Shown piece by piece: positions 39,109 to 47,350 of a stretch of DNA of 64,000 bases; within the stretch, counting starts at the first letter, position 1, and each line of letters opens with the position of its first letter. The notes under the pieces were generated by a model. It did not search any database and was not told the DNA's origin. It worked only from the letters and a program-made list of their open reading frames with translations. Position numbers and translations under genes: made by a program. Source of the DNA: a virus; the IMG/VR virus record IMGVR_UViG_3300017917_002644, positions 1 through 64,000 of that record; one strand, 5' to 3'.

Positions 39109-39134
39109 TGTTTGATAAAAAATAATTGTTCGGT

Positions 39135-39173
39135 AATAAATATCTACAAAAAAATAAAACCTACATATTTATC
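39135..39173. promoter_or_regulatory. Divergent pair of ATATTTAT motifs
   Basis: Minus-strand copy 39143-39135 faces the gene starting at 39108; plus-strand copy 39165-39172 faces the gene starting at 39221. Confidence 0.6.
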
Positions 39174-39178
39174 TTTAG

Positions 39179-39219
39179 AAAACTAATGTTTACTATAAAA
39201 AACTAAAGAAAACTAAAGT
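39179..39219 (+). repeat. 10-bp phased direct repeats (AAAACTAA, ACTA core); putative operator
   Basis: ACTA at 39182, 39192, 39202 and 39212; three copies are full AAAACTAA. Confidence 0.6.
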
Positions 39220-39220
39220 T

Positions 39221-39403
39221 ATGAAATATGCAATGTTACAAATAAAAAAAGAAACCCACGAACTTCTCAAAGGATATTGTGAAGAACATGGGTTTAAGAT
39301 GGGTAGTTTGGTTGAGAATTTAATTAAAAAACATATAGGTGTTTCTAATTCTAAATCCGCATCTGTGTTAAAAGCTGATAAGGTTAAAAGTCAATCTTAC
39401 TAA
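39221..39403 (+). CDS. Ribbon-helix-helix DNA-binding protein
   Basis: YAMLQI beta-strand, KETHELLKGYCEEHG helix, KMGSLVENLI helix; the only credible plus-strand gene. Confidence 0.7.
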   Translation: MKYAMLQIKKETHELLKGYCEEHGFKMGSLVENLIKKHIGVSNSKSASVLKADKVKSQSY

Positions 39404-42400
39404 ATCCATCTACTTTCTTTATTTCAATTAATCCATCCACAATATCTCTCATTTGTTCTAAGTGAGAAATCATCCAAATGAAATCGAATTGAGTTTTTAA
39501 ATACTGCATCATCATAAATAGAGATGAAAGATTATCACTATCTAATGTTCCAAATCCCTCATCAATTACTAAAAAGTTTGGACGAGGTAGATTACAGATG
39601 TTGATAAGTGCAACTCTAATTGCCAATCCACTTACAAATTTCTCCATACCGGAACACATTTCTAATGGCCATTCTTGGTCTTCGTAAACTATTTTTGCAT
39701 TAATTGATTTACCATCCACTTCCATCATTACACTGAAATCTACAACCTGTGCAAGGATATTATTGATTTCGTTTTCAATTACAGGCAATGCTTTAGAAAT
39801 CAATTCGTATGGAATACCATCTCTTTTAACTGCATCTAAATAGTAAGTGTATAATCGGTTCTTTTCTTCTAACTCCTTAACTTCATCCATTCTGGTTTTT
39901 ATACCATCTATGAATGTATTTATAGAAGTAATTGCTCCATTTAGGGAGTTGATATTATTTGTAATTGTTTTTATTTCGGCTTCTATTTCGTTTTTAGTTC
40001 GGTTTAACCCATCAATAAGAGTTTCAATTTGCTTATTTCTTTTAATTGTGGTTTCGTTATTGTGATAGGTTTGGATTTCTGTTGCAACGGTTTCCAATTG
40101 GTGATTTAACAATTCCTCTTTTGTATCTAATCCTTTTAACTCCGCTTCTGTTTTTTCTTTGATTACAATTACTTTTTGGTATTTCGCTTTTAATTCAACC
40201 AACTCATCCCATTGTTCTTCAACATCTGAAATGTAAGATGCCTGTTGGATTAGTGATTGGTGTTTGTTACCCAATACCGTTAGGGTTTCTTCTTGTTCCT
40301 CTACCTTTTCTTTTGTTTGTATTGCATCTTTTACGAAAACATTATTCATACAGAACTTACAATTTGGGTCATATTCATGTGTTTCCAAATGTGAAAGTTT
40401 TTCTCTATTAGATTTAATTGATTGTTCTAATAATTCAATTTGATGTTCTGTTTCATTGATTTGTGATTTATATTCATCCCACTCTCCTTTTGCTTCTTCA
40501 ATAGGTTTTCCATTTATGATTTTTAGTTCTTCTATTGATTGAGAAATTTGAGATTGTAATTGAATATATTCTTGGATTTTAGATTGTTTAGATAATCTAT
40601 CGGTTTCTAAACTTTTTATTTCCCCTTTTATATTTTCTTTTCTTACTTCCAATTTATCTATATCCAAATTACCATCTATTGGAGTAAGTTCTTTATTTAG
40701 AGAAACAATTTTGTTTATCAAATCATCTTTATCTAACGTTCTATTTTCCAAAGTTTTTTCTAAACTTCTTAATTCTGCGTTTTTAGTTTGTTTTTCTAAA
40801 CTTTTATCTGCTAATTCAGTTGTAAAATCTGTTTTCTTAAAGTTTTTGATAAGAACTGATACTTCTTTAATATCTTCACTTGCAGTTTCGTAAAGTTTAT
40901 CAAACACATTTAATCCCATAAACTGTGCCAATAAATCTTTTCTTTCACTTTGTGATTTATCAATGAATAAGGCATTGTTTCCTTGCAAAGATAATGCTGT
41001 TAAAACAAAATCCTCATATCTACCAACATATTGCTCAATAACTTGATTAGTATCTCTTCTTTCAGTTCCGTTTAGTGAAATTGCCTGGTCACCATCCATT
41101 CTCCAAAACTGAACATCAACTTTTACATTCTTTCCTTTATTAATTGTTCTTGCAGTTCTTTGGATATGAAAATCCACACCATTAACTTGAAAGTGCAAGT
41201 GACACTCAAAATCTTTCTTACGATTGTTTAGTATGTTTGCCGCTTTAAATGCTCTACTACATTTATCGTATAAACAGAAAGATACTGCATCAAATAGAGA
41301 TGATTTACCACTTGCATTTGGTGCAAACAATCCAACCAATCCTCCCAATTTGGTAAAATCAATTTTATTATCCTCTCCATATGAAAACATATTTGAGAAT
41401 GTAAACTTAATAGGTTTCCAATGAATGTTTCTATGAACTTCATCTTGCGTAATTCTACTGTTTATATCCCTATTAATCCTCTCTAATCCATCCAAATCAC
41501 TTTGGGTGGTAAATGGCATCATTCGTTGAACATAATCGTTTATAAGGGAGTTTTGGTAGTTTATATCAGATACATCTTCAAAGTCTAATTTGTTTAATCT
41601 GTTACCCGTCTTTTGTTTGTTGAATGAATCGGTTCTGATAATTGTAAAATCATCAACACCGTATTTCATTTTAATCTCCGTAATTACTTTTTTAGTATCG
41701 GCAGTATCGGTATTAGATAAACGAACTCTTAAACGAGGGTGTTTTGGAATATCAGTTACATTTGGAACAATACCATTATCAACATCCAATGTATAATATC
41801 CATAATCGTTTGGAATATCAATTTCCTCATAACTCATAGTATCTAAATCCCATGCTAAGAAACCATGCTTTTCCAAAGATTCTCCGAAGTTCTGCTGAAC
41901 TAATGAACCGGCATATACAACCTTACATCCAGATGGAGATATTAGTTCCTGGCGTTTGTGGATATCTCCTAAGAGTGCTAAATCATATCCATCAAATATA
42001 TCTGTTGTAAAATGTCTGCTACTTACAACATAACCAACATCCGTTGTAGAATTATCAATAGGTCCGTGAAATAGGGCAATCTTTTTATTACCACTTAAAG
42101 TTTCGGCTTTTGGCCAGTTTTCTTTGTTATCAAAAATACTGAATACACCAAAATCAACTCCACCAATGGAATGGACTTGAGTATCTCTTAGGTATGTAAA
42201 GTTTGGCAAGTTTAATGCTTCAACAATTGGTGTAAGAACATCTAATCTATCGGAGTTGTTCATATTACAATCGTGATTACCTGTAATAAGGATAGTTTCA
42301 CAATGTTTAGAACATTCCGTAAATAACCAACTTATCTCTCTAACTAATTCAGGAGATAATTCTAATTTAGCATGTGCAATATCACCCGCTAAATAAATGA

Positions 42401-42527
42401 TTGCATCATCCGTTCCTCTTTTACGGATTTCCTCAAACATCTTTTCAAATACCAATCTATATTCTTTATGTCTTTTAACATTTCGAATATGCACGTCTGC
42501 AATGTGGTAAATTGTTTTTAACCTCAT
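39384..42527 (-). CDS. sbcD-sbcC: Fused SbcD/Mre11 (gp47) nuclease - SbcC/Rad50 (gp46) ATPase
   Basis: ADVH, GD, GNHD, FHG, LGDIH, YAGS; then PNASGKS, Q-loop, CKFC hook, SGME, IDEGFGTLD, ISH. Confidence 0.92.
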   Translation of the reverse strand: MRLKTIYHIADVHIRNVKRHKEYRLVFEKMFEEIRKRGTDDAIIYLAGDIAHAKLELSPELVREISWLFTECSKHCETILITGNHDCNMNNSDRLDVLTPIVEALNLPNFTYLRDTQVHSIGGVDFGVFSIFDNKENWPKAETLSGNKKIALFHGPIDNSTTDVGYVVSSRHFTTDIFDGYDLALLGDIHKRQELISPSGCKVVYAGSLVQQNFGESLEKHGFLAWDLDTMSYEEIDIPNDYGYYTLDVDNGIVPNVTDIPKHPRLRVRLSNTDTADTKKVITEIKMKYGVDDFTIIRTDSFNKQKTGNRLNKLDFEDVSDINYQNSLINDYVQRMMPFTTQSDLDGLERINRDINSRITQDEVHRNIHWKPIKFTFSNMFSYGEDNKIDFTKLGGLVGLFAPNASGKSSLFDAVSFCLYDKCSRAFKAANILNNRKKDFECHLHFQVNGVDFHIQRTARTINKGKNVKVDVQFWRMDGDQAISLNGTERRDTNQVIEQYVGRYEDFVLTALSLQGNNALFIDKSQSERKDLLAQFMGLNVFDKLYETASEDIKEVSVLIKNFKKTDFTTELADKSLEKQTKNAELRSLEKTLENRTLDKDDLINKIVSLNKELTPIDGNLDIDKLEVRKENIKGEIKSLETDRLSKQSKIQEYIQLQSQISQSIEELKIINGKPIEEAKGEWDEYKSQINETEHQIELLEQSIKSNREKLSHLETHEYDPNCKFCMNNVFVKDAIQTKEKVEEQEETLTVLGNKHQSLIQQASYISDVEEQWDELVELKAKYQKVIVIKEKTEAELKGLDTKEELLNHQLETVATEIQTYHNNETTIKRNKQIETLIDGLNRTKNEIEAEIKTITNNINSLNGAITSINTFIDGIKTRMDEVKELEEKNRLYTYYLDAVKRDGIPYELISKALPVIENEINNILAQVVDFSVMMEVDGKSINAKIVYEDQEWPLEMCSGMEKFVSGLAIRVALINICNLPRPNFLVIDEGFGTLDSDNLSSLFMMMQYLKTQFDFIWMISHLEQMRDIVDGLIEIKKVDGFSKIDF

Positions 42528-43465
42528 ATATTATTTATTTTATTTAATAACAATTCTTCTGTTGAAAATTGTTTTGATTTATTCAATTGTTCGTAAAACT
42601 TTGTGTATCCAATTTCTGATGCATCTTTATCTTTTAGTTGCATTAGTTTCACATTTATACCCTGCTTTCTAAAATACTCCGATGCCCTCAATGCTTCATT
42701 CATTGCATCACTATCTAATGAAATAACAATATCAGTAACTCCACTCATAAAGATTTTCTCAACCAATTGTTTAGAAGGGAACTTACCTAATAGTGGGATT
42801 GCATTTCTTTTAATTGTAATCGCATCAAATACTCCTTCACATAATATAATCGGTTCGTTCCAATTTATTTGTGATTCAAATCCAATTATATTTTTACTGA
42901 TTGGTGGGTTTTTGTACTTCATTTTTTCATCAGGATAGTAAGACCTGGATACAAAATAGTTTAATTGTCCATTTGTATCATATGATGGGATAATTACTCT
43001 TCTACCATATAATCCATCTTTGCAATAACCTATGTTATATTTAACTATCTCTTTCATACCTATACCTCTTTGGGTAAGGTAGAACATTGCATGTTTATAT
43101 TCTGGATTAAATCCTTTTGGTTCTTCTGCTAAACTAATAAATTCTTTTGGAAGTGAAATGAATACCTTTGTTTCCGCATCTTCTTGTTGTGGTGTCCAAT
43201 TACTATCTCCATATATTTCTCTAATAACCGATATAGTTTTTCTATCTACATCTAATTTACGAAGAAGGGATGTTAATTTTTTACCACCACTATTACAAGT
43301 CCAACAATGCCATTTTTGAGTTTCAGTATTTACTTGCAGTTTTTGTTTGTGGTGATTACAGAATGGACAATAAAATGCCAACTCATTTCCTCTTAGATTT
43401 GAATAACTTCCTAACGCATTAGAAAGAGTAAGTATTACTTTGTTCTTATCGGCAGTATTTAACAC
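42524..43465 (-). CDS. DNA primase (Zn finger plus TOPRIM)
   Basis: CPFC..WHCWTC; KYKNP; CEGVFDA; LDSDA. Confidence 0.88.
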   Translation of the reverse strand: MLNTADKNKVILTLSNALGSYSNLRGNELAFYCPFCNHHKQKLQVNTETQKWHCWTCNSGGKKLTSLLRKLDVDRKTISVIREIYGDSNWTPQQEDAETKVFISLPKEFISLAEEPKGFNPEYKHAMFYLTQRGIGMKEIVKYNIGYCKDGLYGRRVIIPSYDTNGQLNYFVSRSYYPDEKMKYKNPPISKNIIGFESQINWNEPIILCEGVFDAITIKRNAIPLLGKFPSKQLVEKIFMSGVTDIVISLDSDAMNEALRASEYFRKQGINVKLMQLKDKDASEIGYTKFYEQLNKSKQFSTEELLLNKINNI

Positions 43466-43469
43466 ATCT

Positions 43470-43501
43470 CAAATATACGAATAATATTTGATATATCCAA
43501 A
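43470..43501 (-). promoter_or_regulatory. Bacteroidota sigmaA-type promoter upstream of primase
   Basis: TTTG(43501-43498)-N20-TATATTTG(43477-43470). Confidence 0.75.
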
Positions 43502-43504
43502 TTT

Positions 43505-43918
43505 TTATTCAGAAAACCAACTTTCAGGTATTACTTTATCTGCGTATTGGTATCCGTTCTTTACACACCAATCCCCATAAGTTGTTTTAGAATTTTTACT
43601 TATTTTGTTTTTTGAATTTGAGAATACGAAACGAATATCTAATTCAGGATGTTGTTGTTTTACTAATAAATGTTTTTTTCTATCTGCTGCAACAAACCTA
43701 CCTTTTGTTTCTACAATTATCCCATTAGGTAAACGAAAGTCAGGACTGTAAGTATGTTTAGAAGCAGGTACAATATAATCCACTTTTTGGGATTCATACT
43801 GAACCTCAATTCCTTTACTTTCGATTTGTTGTGAAATGTTTTCTTCAAGACCAGACTTAAATCCATACTTTCTCGCAACCCACTTTGAGTTGGATGATTT
43901 TGTAACTTTTTTAGCCAT
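43505..43918 (-). CDS. T7 endonuclease I-like Holliday junction resolvase
   Basis: FKSGLEE, HTYSPDFRLPNGIIVETKGRF, DRKKHLLVKQQHPELDIRFVFSNS. Confidence 0.92.
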   Translation of the reverse strand: MAKKVTKSSNSKWVARKYGFKSGLEENISQQIESKGIEVQYESQKVDYIVPASKHTYSPDFRLPNGIIVETKGRFVAADRKKHLLVKQQHPELDIRFVFSNSKNKISKNSKTTYGDWCVKNGYQYADKVIPESWFSE

Positions 43919-43927
43919 ATAGAAGGT

Positions 43928-44137
43928 TTATTTTTGTATAGTATCAGAATACTTTACGTTGTTTAACTCACCTCTTCTACCAACTTTGAAACGTTCTGCA
44001 GTTAATACCTGCTCATCAACGTTTTTCAAATCGTTTGTAGTGTATGGAGTTTTTAAAGCATCTGCCGCATCTTTACTGATTTTATCAGTTCCTAATTGTT
44101 TTTGTGATGCGTTGTATAATTCTAATATCTTTGACAT
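43928..44137 (-). CDS. Hypothetical protein
   Basis: 69-aa ORF preceded by ATATTTATA at 44154-44162. Confidence 0.6.
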   Translation of the reverse strand: MSKILELYNASQKQLGTDKISKDAADALKTPYTTNDLKNVDEQVLTAERFKVGRRGELNNVKYSDTIQK

Positions 44138-44153
44138 AATGTTTAATGTTTAA

Positions 44154-44162
44154 TATAAATAT
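44154..44162 (-). promoter_or_regulatory. Putative late promoter ATATTTATA
   Basis: Intergenic, upstream of ATG 44137. Confidence 0.6.
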
Positions 44163-44165
44163 AAG

Positions 44166-45374
44166 TTATGTATCAAAACGAACAATAAAGTTTATAGGAA
44201 TATCCTGGTCGGTTTTGATAGGTTGTGGTAATTTTGCTACTGCCACTAAATCCATATCATCATCGTATAATCCAATTGTTGTAACAAATGGTGCTAAGAA
44301 TGAACCAGTTGTATCTATCGAACCACTTAAATCAATATGTTCAAACCCTGCAAATACAGTTGAGTTTACAGATGATGTATATCTATAATCAATAACATCT
44401 CCATTTTCTAAAGTTGATATTTTACGAATATATTTTACACCCGGATTTGTTGTTATTTTTCTAACTACCCCATCACTATCTACCGATGAAGTAGTTTCCA
44501 TCCCAACCGTTACAACTGCCGATGGATTTTGTGAAATATTAAACTCATCTGGATTTGCAATCAATAAGAATTCGTTTTCATAAATAGTTTGTGTAGATTT
44601 ATATGATAATTGCCAATTATTTGTTAATACTCTATCTGTATCTCTTGTCATTACTATCAATCCTTGTGAATAAAATACATTACCAATCTTATTAACACCC
44701 GCTGCTCCTTCCAAAAACGGTATGTTTTCTACAACACAAACGGATGATTCTACATCAAAAGAAGTTATTGATAAATTATATACAATGGATTGATATACTA
44801 TTGTTAAAATATTATTTTCCAAATCAACTGCAATAGTTGGTGAAGATACTAAAGATGCGGAATATGCGGTAAGTTCAACATCCAAAAAATTAAAAACTCT
44901 AGTTTCATTATCAATTCTAGAAACGTATATAGTATCTCCAGTTGCACTAAATAAATTACCGTTTCCATCATCTACAAATTGACTACTATCTTCTGTAAAA
45001 ACTACTGAATTTTTCTTTATACCTTCACCATAATATTTTTGAGGAATTGATATAACTTTAGCAGAACCACTTAAAAATCTATCTCGTGTTGATTCTTCTA
45101 TGTTATATTCTAAATTAGTACTTCCAAAACTTAAAAATGGATTATATTCGGTATCATTATAAAACATTGTTCTTAATTGACCATAAAGAGAATGTTTATT
45201 ATATGATGAACCAGATAATATACCACCACTTATTTCATTTACAGCTGCGGAAGTATAATCTCCTTCTACTGCTTCTAAAACAGCAATTTCCGTAGAATTA
45301 TTATCAAAACTCCATTCTTTATAAGCCTTAAATGGTCTTATACTAATGTCCGATTTAGGTATTCTTTTTAACAT
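44166..45374 (-). CDS. Baseplate/tail structural protein (start revised to 45374)
   Basis: C-terminal TTIGLYDDDMDLVAVAKLPQPIK; paralogous to 45448..46671. The track's extension runs through the terminator and promoter. Confidence 0.6.
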   Translation of the reverse strand: MLKRIPKSDISIRPFKAYKEWSFDNNSTEIAVLEAVEGDYTSAAVNEISGGILSGSSYNKHSLYGQLRTMFYNDTEYNPFLSFGSTNLEYNIEESTRDRFLSGSAKVISIPQKYYGEGIKKNSVVFTEDSSQFVDDGNGNLFSATGDTIYVSRIDNETRVFNFLDVELTAYSASLVSSPTIAVDLENNILTIVYQSIVYNLSITSFDVESSVCVVENIPFLEGAAGVNKIGNVFYSQGLIVMTRDTDRVLTNNWQLSYKSTQTIYENEFLLIANPDEFNISQNPSAVVTVGMETTSSVDSDGVVRKITTNPGVKYIRKISTLENGDVIDYRYTSSVNSTVFAGFEHIDLSGSIDTTGSFLAPFVTTIGLYDDDMDLVAVAKLPQPIKTDQDIPINFIVRFDT

Positions 45375-45380
45375 ATCGTA

Positions 45381-45389
45381 TATAAATAT
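45381..45389 (-). promoter_or_regulatory. Putative late promoter ATATTTATA
   Basis: 6 nt upstream of ATG 45374, just after a terminator. Confidence 0.6.
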
Positions 45390-45395
45390 CCTATA

Positions 45396-45422
45396 AACTA
45401 AAAACCCACCAAAAAGGTGGGT
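45396..45422 (-). terminator. Rho-independent terminator
   Basis: ACCCACC-TTTTT-GGTGGGT stem followed by TTTTAGTTT, downstream of 45448..46671. Confidence 0.75.
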
Positions 45423-45447
45423 CAATTAGTTATATGGTTATTCTTTA

Positions 45448-46671
45448 TTAGAAATCTAATTTAACTTTGATTGCAACTTCTTTATCAAATGATTTCTCAA
45501 TTGGTTTAGAAACTTTTGCAACTGCCAATAATTCATTTCCATCATCGTATAAACCAACTGTTGTAATGTAAACTTTAGGATTGGTTTCAAATGTAGGTTG
45601 AACAAATTGACCTGTCGAACCTGTTACGAATGTTGGGTTGTTTGAGAAGTTAAATTCTCTATTGTTTGCTCTTACAAAGTAGTGAGATGTAGAAACGTTT
45701 TCAGTTCTTCTCATTTGGAAATCACCACCCAATTTAATTGATTTAAATAATGCCAATGAACCAGAATTATCTGTATAGTTGTTATGATATACATTTGGAA
45801 CAGATGCTCCTGCTGGTGCTAAATTTACATCAACGGATGATGATAATGCGTTTGGATTTAATAGGATAATTCCCATATCAGGATAGAATAATCCCCATCC
45901 TTCTCCATTTGATGCAGTTGGTGATTGAATTGTTCCCTCGTTTTGAGTTCCTATGTTTAACGCTCCACTAACAACGTTAAATACTCTACCACTTGCACCA
46001 ACTGTTTCTGTTTGAGCAGAATCATCAATAAGGGTAATAGTTCCTAATGAACCTGAAAGAGTAAGTTGGAAATTACCTGGGTCTAATTGTTCTTTATATC
46101 TTGCTCTATCAATAGATAATGCGTAGAATGAAGTTAAATCATATCCGTTTGCAGTTGTTCCATTGTAAACACTAAAATTTGCATCTGCAGAATCTAACAA
46201 TACGTTCTTAAACTGATTATAAACTGCTAATGATTGTCTGTAAGAATCATCTGATTGGTTAAATGTAGGTGAACCATATCCGTTTACATCACCGTAAGTT
46301 ATAGAAAATTCTTTGTTTAATAATGATGCATCACTATAAACATCAATATAATATTTACCGCTTACATCTGCTTTTTGTACAGAAGATGTGAAGAATGTTT
46401 CTAATGAACCAGTATCACCACTCCAAATACCTGATGTTACAATTTCGGTTCTGTTGGTTACTTTATCAATTGAACCAAATCTTTTATAAATACCATTCGT
46501 AATAGTAGTTATATCAGAACTAATTTGTTCACCTTCACCTAAAAATTGGTTTAATATATTTACCAATTCTGTTGTATCAACTGGTGTTCCTGCTGTGTTT
46601 GCAGCTGCAGCCAAATAACTTGATAAGTTACTTGCTAAAAGTTGTCCTCTATTATCTCTAATTATTGCCAT
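45448..46671 (-). CDS. Baseplate/tail structural protein
   Basis: C-terminal YITTVGLYDDGNELLAVAKVSKPI..KVKLDF; S/T/G-rich. Confidence 0.6.
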   Translation of the reverse strand: MAIIRDNRGQLLASNLSSYLAAAANTAGTPVDTTELVNILNQFLGEGEQISSDITTITNGIYKRFGSIDKVTNRTEIVTSGIWSGDTGSLETFFTSSVQKADVSGKYYIDVYSDASLLNKEFSITYGDVNGYGSPTFNQSDDSYRQSLAVYNQFKNVLLDSADANFSVYNGTTANGYDLTSFYALSIDRARYKEQLDPGNFQLTLSGSLGTITLIDDSAQTETVGASGRVFNVVSGALNIGTQNEGTIQSPTASNGEGWGLFYPDMGIILLNPNALSSSVDVNLAPAGASVPNVYHNNYTDNSGSLALFKSIKLGGDFQMRRTENVSTSHYFVRANNREFNFSNNPTFVTGSTGQFVQPTFETNPKVYITTVGLYDDGNELLAVAKVSKPIEKSFDKEVAIKVKLDF

Positions 46672-46679
46672 TTTCTATA

Positions 46680-47303
46680 TTATTGAACGTATGTTACGGT
46701 TACTGGAATAGTTTGTGAACCACCTGTTTCGTTACCATAAACTGTAATAGTTGTTTTGATAGTCGAAGTTAGAGATGGGTTAGGAATGAATTTAAATGTC
46801 AATCCTTTCGCAATTGCTGCGGTTGCTGAAACATCATCACCGATAAAAATTGGAACTGAACCAACATCTGATGTTACTCCCTCACCAATAATATCACCTG
46901 CATTTTTGTTAGATAATACAATAGTATATCCTAATCTTCTATTTCCTGCTGGAGATGTAGTTGGAGAAAGTGCAACTTCACCACTTTTTTGATTTACTGA
47001 AATGTTTGGAATACCAAATTCTACAACCGGAATACGGGTTGTATTTTTAGGTAAAGTTACCAATTTATATTTCATAACTTGCGTTTCATCAGGAGATGCT
47101 TCTAAGATTGGCATGTTTTTAATTGCCGCATCATAATAAGCAGAACCAAGTGGATGTGCAGGTTCGTATAATGTGTAATCAATTTCATCATCTGCTAATG
47201 CAAATTGAGTGATGTTTAAACCTTGTCCAGCTGCTAATTTCTCTCTTCCTTTTTTAGTAAGGATAGCATCTACTGTAAGTTCGGTATTACTTAAATATCC
47301 CAT
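46680..47303 (-). CDS. Baseplate/tail-collar-type structural protein
   Basis: AILTKKGREKLA..ITQFALADDEIDY resembles the N-terminus of tail-collar fibre proteins. Confidence 0.55.
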   Translation of the reverse strand: MGYLSNTELTVDAILTKKGREKLAAGQGLNITQFALADDEIDYTLYEPAHPLGSAYYDAAIKNMPILEASPDETQVMKYKLVTLPKNTTRIPVVEFGIPNISVNQKSGEVALSPTTSPAGNRRLGYTIVLSNKNAGDIIGEGVTSDVGSVPIFIGDDVSATAAIAKGLTFKFIPNPSLTSTIKTTITVYGNETGGSQTIPVTVTYVQ

Positions 47304-47323
47304 AGTGTTTTGTTTCGTTTAGT

Positions 47324-47332
47324 AATAAATAT
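47324..47332 (-). promoter_or_regulatory. Putative late promoter ATATTTATT
   Basis: Intergenic, upstream of ATG 47303. Confidence 0.55.
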
Positions 47333-47350
47333 AATTATTTTTAATTTCCG

